64,000 bases of DNA from Candidatus Bathyarchaeia archaeon (GCA_038897035.1 JAWAXF010000003.1:64064-128063); one strand, 5' to 3'; numbered from the stretch's first letter, positions 27,698 to 38,203 are shown. Made by a program: numbers and translations. Notes: a model not told the origin generated them from the sequence alone.

Positions 27698-30115
27698 GTG
27701 AATAGGGTGCCTGAAAAGAAGGGAAAATATACATTATGGTTTGACGAGATAGGCATTGAAGATGTGCCGCTCGTCGGCGGTAAGAGCGCGAGCTTAGGTG
27801 AGATGACTAAAAAGGTTGGCGTTCCGGTCCCCTTCGGCTTCGCCATTACAGCTGAAGCATACAGACACTACTTAAGAGCTAATGGCTTAGAAAATAAAAT
27901 AGCTGACGCCCTTAAGAAGTTAAGCGATCCAAACGACACGGAGACCCTCCAGAGGGTTGGCGCGGCAATAAGGAGGATAATAGTCTCAGCCGAGATGCCT
28001 AAAGACTTAGAGGAAGAGATCGTGGATGCCTATAATAGGCTTGCCAGGTTAATCGGTGAAGATGAACCCTTCGTCGCGATTCGCAGCTCGGCTACGGCTG
28101 AGGATCTACCTGATGCGAGCTTCGCTGGCCAGCAAGAGACGTACCTGAACGTTCGCGGAGCCAGAGAAGTTGTTGAGAAGATAAAGCGCTGTTATGCAAG
28201 CCTCTTCACTGACAGAGCAATATTCTATAGGACCCAGAAGGGCTTCGATCACATGGCTGTAGCATTAAGTGCAATTGTCCAGATAATGGTTTACAGTAAG
28301 GCTAGCGGCATCGCGTTTACGCTCGACGTGGTTACTGGAGATAGGAGTGTCGTCATAATAGAAGCTGGTTATGGGTTAGGCGAATACATTGTTCAGGGAA
28401 AAATAACGCCCGATGAATACTATGTTAGAAAGTCCGATCTAGAAATCGTGAAGAAGAAAATTCCAAGAAAAACAGTTCAGTTAGTGAGGAACCCGGCTGG
28501 TGGAACCGAGGAGAAGGCTGTCCCGCCGGAGCTGCAGGATAAGCAAGTCTTAACCGATGAGCAGATCAGAGAGTTAGCTAAGTATGCCATAGAGATTGAG
28601 AGACATTATGGTAAGCCAATGGATATTGAATGGGCTCTTGACGAAAGAACGAACAAGATCCTCATACTGCAGGCCAGGCCTGAGACTGTTTGGGCCCTGA
28701 AGAAGGTTGAGGGCGTTGAGGAGAGGGTGGTGATGACAAAGGAGAGGAAAATCTTAGTGCGTGGCCTTCCAGCCTCTCCAGGCATAGCTATTGGAAGAGT
28801 TCACATTATACCAAGCGTTAATAAAATTGGCGAATTTCAAAGGGGCGAGATACTCGTTACAGAAATGACTGCACCAGACTGGGTTCCGGCAATGCGTAAA
28901 GCGGCCGCAATTATAACCAACTCTGGCGGGATAACATGCCACGCGGCAATAATCTCCAGGGAACTTGGCATACCATGCATTGTCGGAACAGCCTCGCAAG
29001 GCATGCCAGCGACCGAGATTCTCAAGGATGGCATGATAGTAACAGTTGATGCGAATTTGGGCGTTGTTTATGAAGGCGCGGTTGAAGAAACTGTTGAGAA
29101 GATAGCCAGGAAAGCAGAGGTTAGACCTGTAGCTGTAGTCCCCACAGAGTCTCATATAGTTACTGGAACAAAGATTTACGTGAATTTAGGCGAGCCTGAA
29201 CTTGCGGAAAAGGTTGCAGCCCTGCCTGCTGATGGTGTGGGGTTACTTAGACAGGAATTTGTTTGGACAAGCGAGATAGGCGAGCATCCATTATATATGA
29301 TCGAGACTGGCAGGGCTGAAGAGTTTGTTAATAAGCTCGCCGAGGCGTTCCGCCGCATATGTGTGGTCTTCTATCCAAGGCCAGTTATTATGCGCTTCAG
29401 CGACTTCAAATCTTCGGAATACAGGAAACTGAAAGGTGGGGAGAAATATGAGCCGGTTGAGACTTCAGCGCTTCTGGGCTGGAGGGGCGCCTCAAGATAC
29501 TATGATCCAAAATACGTTGAGGCGTTTAGGCTTGAAGTTAAAGCCGTTAAAAAGGTTAGGGAAGAGTATGGTCTCAAAAACCTTTGGGTCATGATACCCT
29601 TCTGTAGGCGGGTTGACGAGCTGGAGAAGATAATCAAGATAATGGAAGAGGAGGGTCTGAGGAGGGACCCGGACTTCAAAGTTTGGCTTATGGCTGAGCT
29701 GCCGAGCAATATCCTCCTAGCAGATAAATTCAATAAGTACGTTGACGGCTATAGCATTGGCAGTAATGACCTAACAATGATGATTCTGGGCTGCGATAGA
29801 GATAATGAGACTGTCGCATACCTGTTTGATGAGAGAGATCTAGCCGTTAAGCGCGCGATTAAGCTGCTAATTAAGCTGGCTCATAAGGATGGGAAGACCG
29901 TGAGTATATGTGGACAGGCCCCGAGCGTCTATCCGGAGTTCGTTGAGTTTCTGGTTAGGTGCGGAATAGACAGCATATCCGTTAACCCGGACGCCGTGAT
30001 GGAAACTAAGAAGATTGTTGCCTCAATAGAGCAGCGCATACTGCTCGAGAAAGCTACTGGTATAAGCATTAAAGAGGATCCAGACTTAGATATACCAGCC
30101 GATGATGAGAAATAA
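27698..30115 (+). CDS. ppsA: Phosphoenolpyruvate synthase
   Basis: 805 aa. ATP-grasp N-domain, phospho-His motif GGITCHAAIISRELGIPC, and a PEP-utilising C-domain (GSNDLT). Confidence 0.93.
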   Translation: MNRVPEKKGKYTLWFDEIGIEDVPLVGGKSASLGEMTKKVGVPVPFGFAITAEAYRHYLRANGLENKIADALKKLSDPNDTETLQRVGAAIRRIIVSAEMPKDLEEEIVDAYNRLARLIGEDEPFVAIRSSATAEDLPDASFAGQQETYLNVRGAREVVEKIKRCYASLFTDRAIFYRTQKGFDHMAVALSAIVQIMVYSKASGIAFTLDVVTGDRSVVIIEAGYGLGEYIVQGKITPDEYYVRKSDLEIVKKKIPRKTVQLVRNPAGGTEEKAVPPELQDKQVLTDEQIRELAKYAIEIERHYGKPMDIEWALDERTNKILILQARPETVWALKKVEGVEERVVMTKERKILVRGLPASPGIAIGRVHIIPSVNKIGEFQRGEILVTEMTAPDWVPAMRKAAAIITNSGGITCHAAIISRELGIPCIVGTASQGMPATEILKDGMIVTVDANLGVVYEGAVEETVEKIARKAEVRPVAVVPTESHIVTGTKIYVNLGEPELAEKVAALPADGVGLLRQEFVWTSEIGEHPLYMIETGRAEEFVNKLAEAFRRICVVFYPRPVIMRFSDFKSSEYRKLKGGEKYEPVETSALLGWRGASRYYDPKYVEAFRLEVKAVKKVREEYGLKNLWVMIPFCRRVDELEKIIKIMEEEGLRRDPDFKVWLMAELPSNILLADKFNKYVDGYSIGSNDLTMMILGCDRDNETVAYLFDERDLAVKRAIKLLIKLAHKDGKTVSICGQAPSVYPEFVEFLVRCGIDSISVNPDAVMETKKIVASIEQRILLEKATGISIKEDPDLDIPADDEK

Positions 30116-30177
30116 CGCTTTTATATTGTGGCCCGGTAAGATTATATTATATTAAGAGCTTATTTTTCGCGATAAAC

Positions 30178-31182
30178 TTGTCATTCCTCTTTGATTTAGA
30201 GGAAGATAGGATTAAGGAGGAGATTATTAGGCGGCATGCTCTTAGGGTCTTAGTTCAGTTACCTGAGGGGCTTAGATCCAAAGCCCTTCACATAGCATCA
30301 ATTATAGAGGAGACTGGTGCATCAGCGATAATCTCCGCGGATCCCTGCTACGGCGCATGTGACTTAGCCTTAGATGAAGCTAAATTGCTTGCAGCTGATA
30401 TGCTAATTCACTTTGGGCACTCTGAAAGAAATCATTTCAGGCAGCAGAATATTCCAGTAATTTATGTTGAGGCTAAAGCGGCTGTTGACGTTAGGGGGAT
30501 AATTGAAAGTTATTTAAAGGAGCTTAAAGACTGGGATAGAATTGGACTAGCAACAACCGTTCAGCATGTACATTCCATAGATGAGGTCAGAAGGGCTCTT
30601 GAGGGGGCTGGTAAGAAGGTATACGTTGGGTGGGAGCCGGGCTTAAGGTATCCAGGTCAAGTTTTAGGCTGCGACTACAGAAACTGTAAATCAATATCTA
30701 ATATAGTGGACGCTTTTCTATTCCTCGGATCGGGCTTATTCCACGCTGTGGGAGTCTTCTTAGCCACGATGAAGCCCACAATCGCCGCCGATCCCTTCGC
30801 CGGGAGTATTAATAGAGCCGACAACTTGGCTAGACTCATAATTAACAGGCGGTGGATGGATATACGTGAGGCCTCAGAGGCCAGGACGTGGGGGGTAATA
30901 ATTGGGCTTAAATCCGGCCAACAGAACCTTGAAGTAGCATTTAAGTTAAAGAGGGATCTCGAGGAGTCTAGCAGAAAGGTTGCTCTTTTATCCATGAGGG
31001 AGATAACGCCCAGTATCTTAAGGGATTTTGCCGACATAGAGGCCTACGCTAATACGGCCTGCCCAAGAATCTCTCTTTATGAGACAAAGGTATTCCAGAA
31101 GCCGATTCTAACCCCCAAGGAGGTTTACGTTGCTCTTGGAAAGATTGGATGGGAAGAGTATTTGAGGTCAGGGATTCTCTGA
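30178..31182 (+). CDS. dph2: Diphthamide synthesis protein Dph2
   Basis: 334 aa with conserved Cys positions (DPCYGACD...GCDY...NTACPRI). Sits in the conserved dph2-methylase-csl4-rpoL neighbourhood. Confidence 0.8.
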   Translation: MSFLFDLEEDRIKEEIIRRHALRVLVQLPEGLRSKALHIASIIEETGASAIISADPCYGACDLALDEAKLLAADMLIHFGHSERNHFRQQNIPVIYVEAKAAVDVRGIIESYLKELKDWDRIGLATTVQHVHSIDEVRRALEGAGKKVYVGWEPGLRYPGQVLGCDYRNCKSISNIVDAFLFLGSGLFHAVGVFLATMKPTIAADPFAGSINRADNLARLIINRRWMDIREASEARTWGVIIGLKSGQQNLEVAFKLKRDLEESSRKVALLSMREITPSILRDFADIEAYANTACPRISLYETKVFQKPILTPKEVYVALGKIGWEEYLRSGIL

Positions 31183-31213
31183 AGAATAAAGGTGAACATG
31201 GGGTTAACCGCGC

Positions 31214-31843
31214 TTGCTGAGGAGAAAGCACGTCGCTATTATTCTTTCGCAGCTCGAACCGATCCCAAGCCCCAAGCTTAAGTGGGAAAGCTATACCCTT
31301 GATGCTGAGAGCGCGGCTACAATAGTCTATATCGCAGCGCATGAGCATAATGACATAGCTGGGAAGAGAGTTATAGATCTGGGTTGTGGATCTGGCATCT
31401 TGGCGATAGCCGCCTCACTGTTTGGCGCAGAATGGGTCGTTGGCGTTGACGTTGATAGGGAAGCTATAAGAGTCGCCGCTAAGAATGCCAGCAGGGTTGG
31501 CGCCAAGGTAGACTTCATTAACGGGGATATAGCCTGCATAAGTGGGCATTTCGAGACAACCTTAATGAATCCGCCATTTGGGAGCTGGCGCAAGGGCGCG
31601 GACACAAATTTTCTAAGAAAAGCTATTAAAATATCAGGTGTAATATACTCGCTGCACAAGAGAAGCCCCTCCGTAAGGGGCTTTTTAAGCAGATTTATTT
31701 CCGAGCTCGGTGGCACTATAGACCGCATTTACGAGCTGGATATCGTAATAAGAAGGACGTTTGATTTCCATAAAAAGAGATATTATAAAGTTAAAGCAGA
31801 CCTCTACAGGATTATTAGTACTGGCCAAGTACCAAAATGGTAA
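31214..31843 (+). CDS. SAM-dependent N6-adenine methyltransferase (METTL5-like)
   Basis: DLGCGSG (motif I) and TLMNPPFG (motif IV). Confidence 0.75.
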   Translation: MLRRKHVAIILSQLEPIPSPKLKWESYTLDAESAATIVYIAAHEHNDIAGKRVIDLGCGSGILAIAASLFGAEWVVGVDVDREAIRVAAKNASRVGAKVDFINGDIACISGHFETTLMNPPFGSWRKGADTNFLRKAIKISGVIYSLHKRSPSVRGFLSRFISELGGTIDRIYELDIVIRRTFDFHKKRYYKVKADLYRIISTGQVPKW

Positions 31844-31883
31844 TTATAGGAGCAAAGCTAATAATACTGTTGATCAATTTTAA

Positions 31884-32495
31884 GTGTTGACAAAAGTGCC
31901 GGATCGCTGGGCTATGTTAGAGGAAAAAAGAAGTGGCCGTCTCGTCATGCCGGGTGATAAGATAGGCGTTATAGAAGAGTTTATACCAGGGTATGGGACA
32001 TATGTTGTGGATGGCATTATATATGCGAGCAACGTCGGCTATCTTTCCATTGATCCAAAGAGCAGGGTAGCCTCTATTCAGCCCGCATCCCAAAGAGCAC
32101 ATTCGCCGAGAGTTGGAAACACCGTTATTGGTCATGTTTTAGGCGTCCAAACATCAATGGCCCTCATACGAATAATTAAGGTTGAAAGGAGCTTCCTTTC
32201 AGGCTTCTTCACGGGGCTTTTACACGTCTCGGACGTTGATGTGAAGTTCACTAAAGATATTCTGGATGCGCTTAAGCCCGGTGATATAATTCGCGCAAAG
32301 GTTATAAGTGAAGTCAATAGATCATATTACTTATCTACAAAGGGGCAGAATTTAGGTGTAATATTGGCATTGTGCTCTAAATGTGGTGGCACATTGAGGG
32401 TGAAGAGTAAGAGAGATAAAAAATTGTGCTGTGAAGTTTGCGGAAACTTGGAGACGAGAAAGATAGCGTCAGATTATGGTTCCGGCAACATATGA
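31884..32495 (+). CDS. csl4: Exosome complex RNA-binding protein Csl4
   Basis: PGDKIGVIEEF N-domain, S1 domain, and C-terminal zinc ribbon CSKCGG...CCEVCG. The start may be the ATG at 31914. Confidence 0.85.
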   Translation: MLTKVPDRWAMLEEKRSGRLVMPGDKIGVIEEFIPGYGTYVVDGIIYASNVGYLSIDPKSRVASIQPASQRAHSPRVGNTVIGHVLGVQTSMALIRIIKVERSFLSGFFTGLLHVSDVDVKFTKDILDALKPGDIIRAKVISEVNRSYYLSTKGQNLGVILALCSKCGGTLRVKSKRDKKLCCEVCGNLETRKIASDYGSGNI

Positions 32496-32510
32496 TGGAG
32501 GGCAACTGGG

Positions 32511-32831
32511 ATGCAAGTAAGGGTTCTTGAGAAAAAGGAGAATGAGGTCGTGCTTGAGATTGAGGGTGAGGGGCATACCCTATGCAACCTATTAGAATCG
32601 GTTTTACTTGAGGATGAAGAGGTTGAGTTCGCTGGATACACGATATCCCACCCGTTAGTTGGCAAACCTATATTGAGAGTGCGTACTAAGGGAAAGGAAC
32701 CAAAGGAGGCATTAAAGGAGGCACTCACAAAGATAATATGGAGAGGAAGAAAATTTAGAGAGGAATTTGAGAGAGCCCTTAAGGAACACGATGAAGTATC
32801 TTCAGGCAAGAAGACTTCTACTTCTTTCTAA
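32511..32831 (+). CDS. rpoL: DNA-directed RNA polymerase subunit L (Rpo11)
   Basis: EIEGEGHTLCNLLESVLLEDEEVEFAGYTISHPL is typical of RpoL/Rpb11. Confidence 0.88.
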   Translation: MQVRVLEKKENEVVLEIEGEGHTLCNLLESVLLEDEEVEFAGYTISHPLVGKPILRVRTKGKEPKEALKEALTKIIWRGRKFREEFERALKEHDEVSSGKKTSTSF

Positions 32832-33209
32832 GACAGTTTTTAGTAACATGCTTATGTTCTCCACTAAATCCCCCTCACGCGCTAATGTGTCGATGGCTTC
32901 CCTAATAGATATTATGCCAGAAAGCCAACCGTAAACCAGCAGCGCCTCCGCAGCATCTGCCTGCTCATGCCTGTCTACCCTGTACGGTAACAGTTTCCTT
33001 GCGCCTGATTTTCTTAAGGCTGATGAGAGAACGGAACCATTTAATTTGCGCCCAATGGGTTTACCATGGCACCTCGATAGAGCCAACGAATAAATGAAGT
33101 TCACGTACGCATCGCCAAGAGAAGCCAAATCCTTATCACTTAAAACTTCCTCAATCCTAGAGTACTTTTGTATGAAGGGAAAATATTCGCCTAGGTCAGC
33201 CTCGGCCAA
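32802..33209 (-). CDS. RNase III catalytic-domain-only protein (Mini-III-like)
   Basis: LASLGDAYVNFIYSLALS resembles the RNase III signature (xLGDA), and HEQADAAEALLVYGWL resembles the second (DxxEAxxGA) motif. No dsRBD. The 3' end overlaps rpoL by 30 nt (convergent). Confidence 0.45.
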   Translation of the reverse strand: MAEADLGEYFPFIQKYSRIEEVLSDKDLASLGDAYVNFIYSLALSRCHGKPIGRKLNGSVLSSALRKSGARKLLPYRVDRHEQADAAEALLVYGWLSGIISIREAIDTLAREGDLVENISMLLKTVLERSRSLLA

Positions 33210-33276
33210 CTATGTCACCTAATGCTGTTCTACCAACATATATAGGGAACCCCTTAACATCATATTTATTTAGTTT

Positions 33277-34335
33277 ATGAGGAGGACCATCATTTTAAGG
33301 GTTGATGGGGAGAATCCCGATCTGGAGAAGATTAGACTAGCGGCCAGCATCATACGGGAAGGTGGACTAGTTGCCTTCCCCACGGAAACTGTATATGGTT
33401 TAGGGGCAGATGCCCTAAACCCCTACGCTGTCAGGGAGATATATGTTGCTAAGATGAGGCCAATAGATAATCCGATAATAGTCCATGTCGCTAGCAGGAA
33501 GGATGTTTATATGCTTGCCGTTGACGTTCCAAAGAGCGCTGAGAAGCTTATAGAAGCTTTTTGGCCAGGTCCACTAACGCTCGTTCTCAAAGTCTCAGAT
33601 ATAATTCCTAGGGTAACGACGGGTGGTCTGGACACGGTTGCCATAAGAATGCCCAGACACAATGTTGCTCTAGCCCTTATAAGGGAGGCTGGGAGGCCAA
33701 TAGCGGCGCCAAGCGCAAACCTCGCTGGTAAACCGAGTCCCACATTAGCGGAGCACGTTATCCAAGATCTCTATGGGAGAATAGATGCCATACTAGACGC
33801 CGGGCCAACTAATATAGGTGTTGAGTCAACAGTCCTAGACATGACATGTGATCCGCCGCAGATACTTAGGCCAGGAGGGGTTACACACGAGGATCTTAAG
33901 GCTGTTCTGGGCGAGGTTAGTATACATCCGGCCGCGATGGCTAGAAGCGAGGTTCACGTCGAGAGAGCGAGGTCCCCCGGAATGAAGTATAGACATTATG
34001 CACCTAAGGCCGCGATGCTTGTTGTGGAGGGTGAGTTTGGGTCAGTTATTGGGAAGATTAGGGAGCTGGCTGAGTTTTACCTAAAGGCTGGAAAGAAAGT
34101 TGGCATACTAGCCACGGACGAAAGTATGAAAGAGTATGATATGGGTGTAGTGAAATCTATGGGCAGCAGGAAAGACTTATCTCTTTTGGCTAGAAACCTA
34201 TTCAGGCTTCTTAGGGAGTTTGATGAGGAAGGTGTGGACTTAATTATTGCTGAAGGTGTCCCGCAGGAGGATTTAGGCTTAGCAATAATGAATAGACTCA
34301 GGAAAGCCGCAGGATACAACATAATTAGAATCTAG
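33277..34335 (+). CDS. sua5: L-threonylcarbamoyladenylate synthase (Sua5/YrdC)
   Basis: YrdC domain (AFPTETVYGLGADA, RPxDNP, SANLAGKPSPT) plus a Sua5 C-terminal domain. Confidence 0.9.
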   Translation: MRRTIILRVDGENPDLEKIRLAASIIREGGLVAFPTETVYGLGADALNPYAVREIYVAKMRPIDNPIIVHVASRKDVYMLAVDVPKSAEKLIEAFWPGPLTLVLKVSDIIPRVTTGGLDTVAIRMPRHNVALALIREAGRPIAAPSANLAGKPSPTLAEHVIQDLYGRIDAILDAGPTNIGVESTVLDMTCDPPQILRPGGVTHEDLKAVLGEVSIHPAAMARSEVHVERARSPGMKYRHYAPKAAMLVVEGEFGSVIGKIRELAEFYLKAGKKVGILATDESMKEYDMGVVKSMGSRKDLSLLARNLFRLLREFDEEGVDLIIAEGVPQEDLGLAIMNRLRKAAGYNIIRI

Positions 34336-34336
34336 G

Positions 34337-35308
34337 CTACTCTTCCTCCGCGTCAGCTATACCCTTTTCAGTTATCATGAAGCAAGCTTCCCTTTCAGGC
34401 AGATATGGACTATCAATTATCCTAGCTATTCTGACTCCTCTATTCCCCTTCCTTAAATATACTCTGTGTGTACACGCATGAGCCATTACATGCCCCCCGG
34501 CTGGTCTTGTGGGATCTCCGAAGAAGATCGCTGGGTTAGCTTGAACCTGATTAGTTATAACTACAGCCAAGTTATATGCCTCGGCTAATCTGAGTAGTTT
34601 GTGGAGGTACTGGTTCAGCTTCTGCTGTCTCTCTGAGAGCGTTTCGCGCCCGATATACTCTCCCCTGAAGTGGCTTATCATGCTGTCGATTACCACAAGC
34701 TTTACGTTATGCTCCGGGCATAATGTGAATAGCCTATCGATAAGCAGACATTGGTGACTGCTATTATATGCTCTTGCAACAAGTATGTTATTGGCAACCT
34801 CACGCGGGTTAAGCCCTAACCCTGATGCAATCTGGTATACCCTTTCTGGCATGAATGTCCCCTCAGTATCTATGAACACGGTCTTTCCCTCAAGCCCACC
34901 CCTCTCGTATGGCAGCTGAGCTGTGACTGAGAGCATCATGCATAGCTGCGTCTTCCCAGAACCATACTCACCTATGAGCTCCGTTATGGCCTGCGTCTCC
35001 ACCCCACCACCAAGTATTTCATCCAAATTCTTCGACCCAGTCGTGCAGCGCCTCATATTCTTCCTGTGCTCATAATATTCCAGTGCAGTCTTAAAGTCGG
35101 CTGACAACATCCTACGTGCAGACTCTTGAATCTTGAGTATCGTGTTCAGCCCTATGTTCGTCTTATCGGCTATCTCCATCGGGGGCGTAACGGCTATAGC
35201 TTCTATAGTTGTGAAGCCCGCGGCCCTAAGCTTAGATGCAATTGTTGGACCCACACCATCTAACGACTCCAGGTCCTCCACTTTAACCGCTCCCTCCCAC
35301 AACATCAC
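34337..35308 (-). CDS. radA: DNA repair and recombination protein RadA
   Basis: N-terminal HhH ([12 protein letters not shown]), Walker [10 protein letters not shown] and Walker B LVVIDS. Confidence 0.93.
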   Translation of the reverse strand: MMLWEGAVKVEDLESLDGVGPTIASKLRAAGFTTIEAIAVTPPMEIADKTNIGLNTILKIQESARRMLSADFKTALEYYEHRKNMRRCTTGSKNLDEILGGGVETQAITELIGEYGSGKTQLCMMLSVTAQLPYERGGLEGKTVFIDTEGTFMPERVYQIASGLGLNPREVANNILVARAYNSSHQCLLIDRLFTLCPEHNVKLVVIDSMISHFRGEYIGRETLSERQQKLNQYLHKLLRLAEAYNLAVVITNQVQANPAIFFGDPTRPAGGHVMAHACTHRVYLRKGNRGVRIARIIDSPYLPEREACFMITEKGIADAEEE

Positions 35309-35467
35309 GTCATTATGTAGTGTGAGTCACCATATCCACATTTTACAAGGGGGTCTCTTAAGAAACCATTAGCCCGGATTTTCCTACTAGGCATTAAAAT
35401 TCTTAGCCTGACCATTTTAACCGAGGAAATATATCTCTTTACATCTATTTAAGGAGTCTGTGAAAGG

Positions 35468-35797
35468 TTAGGTAGGGGAGGGGGGAGGAGTAGAATATTG
35501 TTTGTCTCGTATCTTTTGGAGGAACTCTATTATCATCCTGACCATTTCGTTCTCCAAGTTTATTTGGTAGGTTTTCGGCTTATATTGATTCTCTTTTACC
35601 CAGCCTATCTCTATAAGTGTTTTCAGGCGCCTCTCTATTGATGGTATCCTAAGTCCAGTGGCTTTGGCGAGGGCATATTTTGTAAAAGCTTTTTCTGGAT
35701 TTAACGCTAAGTGAATTAGAACTTTGAACTTCTTCCCTCCGCCAAGACCCAGCTCAAGTTCTTCCCATACATCTCTTCTAGTCTCTTTCTCCCTCAT
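35468..35797 (-). CDS. Winged-helix (ArsR-like) DNA-binding protein
   Basis: KVLIHLALNPEKAFTKYALAKATGLRIPSIERRLKTLIEIGWV. Starts 5 nt downstream of orc1/cdc6 on the same strand. Confidence 0.6.
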   Translation of the reverse strand: MREKETRRDVWEELELGLGGGKKFKVLIHLALNPEKAFTKYALAKATGLRIPSIERRLKTLIEIGWVKENQYKPKTYQINLENEMVRMIIEFLQKIRDKQYSTPPPSPT

Positions 35798-35802
35798 GCC
35801 AT

Positions 35803-37041
35803 CTACTCAATATGCTCTAATTGTCTTAGCAGGTTATTAAGAAATCTCTCTAAATCTATGAGTGCAGCGCCCGTTATTCCTATCTCCAATAGCGACTTCA
35901 TGTCTATTATTCCACGATAAATAAGATCTTGAATGCGCTCCTCAAACTCATCAATAGGTCTTACACCATATTCTTCACAAACAATATTGTAGAATTTCCT
36001 GAACTCTCTCAAACTTATATATGCCGATTTACTCGCTCTTAGCCCTCTCACGAGGGCTAGAAGCACAAGTTTGCTGTCTTTATTTAGACTCAAAATATCT
36101 TCAGCGGTTATCGTCGGATTTATTTCGCTATAGACTCTGCGGACGTGCTCCGGGGTAACCTTAGCCGAGCCGGTGCTCTCAGCAAGAGCACCGGAGTAAT
36201 AAAGCAATTCTAGCCCAACCCTTGCGTCTCCATTGATTGGTGGACTGGCGGTTATATCGCTAATCAAGTCGAGAGTCTCATCTAGGACCACGTTTGGCCG
36301 AAATGCCTCCTCAACTCTATCAGCCAGTATATCCCTAATCTGCCTACTGGTATACCTTGGGAACTCAATTATACCCCTGCCGAGCGTTGACCTCTCGCCT
36401 GGCTCTAGGAGGTCATGCCACCTAAGTGATCTGGCGACAAATATTCCTCCGACCATCGGTATAGGAGCACCCGGCTGCATTTCAGGTATCCTCGTTAGGT
36501 CATATACTATGTGCTCCTTAGGATTCATCTGAACGAAGTAATCTATTTCATCAAATGTTACTAGCAAGAATATTTCCTCGAACTTCAAGTAATCAATTAA
36601 TTGTCTGATCATCTCCTCTGGGCTTAGGCTTTTGGTTGAGATTTTCGGCGTTGCTTTTCTCACTAAATTGCTATATAGGACGTAGCGCGTTGTCCCATCG
36701 ACCTTACAGTTCATGTAAACGTGCTGTAGGTTTATACCCTCCCTGCGCGCCCGCTCGGAAATAATCTCACCAAACCTGATTGCCGTGCAAGTCTTCCCGG
36801 TTCCAGCGGGCCCAACAATCTCTATGAAGCGCGGGTAAGCCTCCCATATATTCTCAAGCATACTTCCGTAAATCGAGAGGAGCATGTTTATCTGCTGTTC
36901 CCTATGAGGGAGCCTTCTCGGAATATAATATGGCGAGAGCTTATTTCTGTCCTTAAATATAAATGATTTAGTCAAGTTGCAACCCAACAAAAATTTGACG
37001 CTAGAAACAAATAAATCAGTTTTGCTTAAACCCTTTGGCAA
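35803..37041 (-). CDS. cdc6: Orc1/Cdc6 replication initiator
   Basis: Walker A GPAGTGKT, Walker B LVTFDEIDY, PHREQQI N-motif and a C-terminal winged helix. The true start may be the TTG at 36975 (MTKSFIFKDRNKL). Confidence 0.88.
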   Translation of the reverse strand: MPKGLSKTDLFVSSVKFLLGCNLTKSFIFKDRNKLSPYYIPRRLPHREQQINMLLSIYGSMLENIWEAYPRFIEIVGPAGTGKTCTAIRFGEIISERARREGINLQHVYMNCKVDGTTRYVLYSNLVRKATPKISTKSLSPEEMIRQLIDYLKFEEIFLLVTFDEIDYFVQMNPKEHIVYDLTRIPEMQPGAPIPMVGGIFVARSLRWHDLLEPGERSTLGRGIIEFPRYTSRQIRDILADRVEEAFRPNVVLDETLDLISDITASPPINGDARVGLELLYYSGALAESTGSAKVTPEHVRRVYSEINPTITAEDILSLNKDSKLVLLALVRGLRASKSAYISLREFRKFYNIVCEEYGVRPIDEFEERIQDLIYRGIIDMKSLLEIGITGAALIDLERFLNNLLRQLEHIE

Positions 37042-37131
37042 ATTGCCATTTTGCCATTGAACAGGTTGCTTTAAATGTTTATAAAAGTTATTGTTACTTG
37101 GTTAGCGTGATATACATGGTTTGGTGCGATC

Positions 37132-38145
37132 ATGCCGGGTAAGATGCCGCCTAAGGTTATGGAAAGGATCGTTTATAGCAGGCTTGGCGCTTTAGATTCA
37201 AGCGTTCTTGTTGGGCCAGCTGTCGGCGAGGATGCTGCGATAATTGATATTGGCGGCGGCTTGGCCATGGTAGTTCACAGCGATGCCATAAGCGGTGCAA
37301 GCGAGCTTTTGGGGTGGCTTGCGGTTCACATAACGGCCAATGACATATCTGTTAGGGGGGCTAAACCTAGGTGGTTCCTAATGTCCTTATTCCTTCCAGA
37401 AGTCTCTGCAGAAGCTCTCCTTGACAAAGTTATGTCTCAGGTGGATAGTGCTGCTAAGGAGCTGGGGGTTATGGTTGTTGGTGGGCATAGTGAGAAGACT
37501 CCTGGGATTAGTAGGCCACTAGTTGGCACGATGGCCGTTGGCTTAATTGAGAAAGATAAAGTTGTCACGACTTCTGGAGCAAGGGCTGGAGACTATTTAA
37601 TTATGAGCAAAACAGCCGCTCTTGAGGGGACGGCTATCCTCTGCACGGACTTCGCAGGAGTTTTAAGGAGTAAAGGAGTCAGCGATAAGATCCTCGAGAT
37701 TGGCTCCGGTTTTCTGCTTAAGATAAGCGTTGTTAAGGAGGCCCTTGCCTTAGCGGAGAAAGGACTTGTAACGGCTATGCATGATCCTACTGAGGGCGGT
37801 GTACTTGGAGGCGTAGCAGAGATAGCCTATGCCTCAAAGAAGACTGTCGAGCTATGGGCTGATAGGGTGCCCATAGCGGAAGAAACCAAAGCTATTGCTG
37901 AAGCACTTGATATAGACGTCCTGAGACTAATCAGCTCTGGCGCGCTAATAGCGGCCGTTCCACCGGATAAGGTCGATGGAGCAATTAAGGCCCTAAACTC
38001 CCTTAACATTGAGGCGAAAGTCATCGGAAGAGTTAAGGAGTACGCTGGCCACCTCGTCGAAATTGTAGAGGGCTCATCGGTAACGTATGTTAACGAGGTT
38101 TATGTTATGGATGAAATTTATAAATTCTGGGAAAAACCGACGTAA
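37132..38145 (+). CDS. AIR-synthase-related protein (PurM/HypE/ThiL superfamily)
   Basis: GEDAAIID...HSDAI...ANDISVRGAKP...MHDPTEGG pattern. It lacks the HypE C-terminal PRIC motif, so the specific function is open. Confidence 0.65.
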   Translation: MPGKMPPKVMERIVYSRLGALDSSVLVGPAVGEDAAIIDIGGGLAMVVHSDAISGASELLGWLAVHITANDISVRGAKPRWFLMSLFLPEVSAEALLDKVMSQVDSAAKELGVMVVGGHSEKTPGISRPLVGTMAVGLIEKDKVVTTSGARAGDYLIMSKTAALEGTAILCTDFAGVLRSKGVSDKILEIGSGFLLKISVVKEALALAEKGLVTAMHDPTEGGVLGGVAEIAYASKKTVELWADRVPIAEETKAIAEALDIDVLRLISSGALIAAVPPDKVDGAIKALNSLNIEAKVIGRVKEYAGHLVEIVEGSSVTYVNEVYVMDEIYKFWEKPT

Positions 38146-38203
38146 CAGAGTCGTTTTTATGAAACTGTGGAGTTATTTAATAAAATTGTTGGTGTAGGTC
38201 TCC

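Noticed and set aside
37043-37131. Possible replication origin next to orc1/cdc6 (tandem TTGCCATT x2)
   Set aside because: The intergenic region is only about 90 bp, with no repeated ORB-like boxes or extended AT-rich unwinding element visible. I kept it only as a question in the findings.
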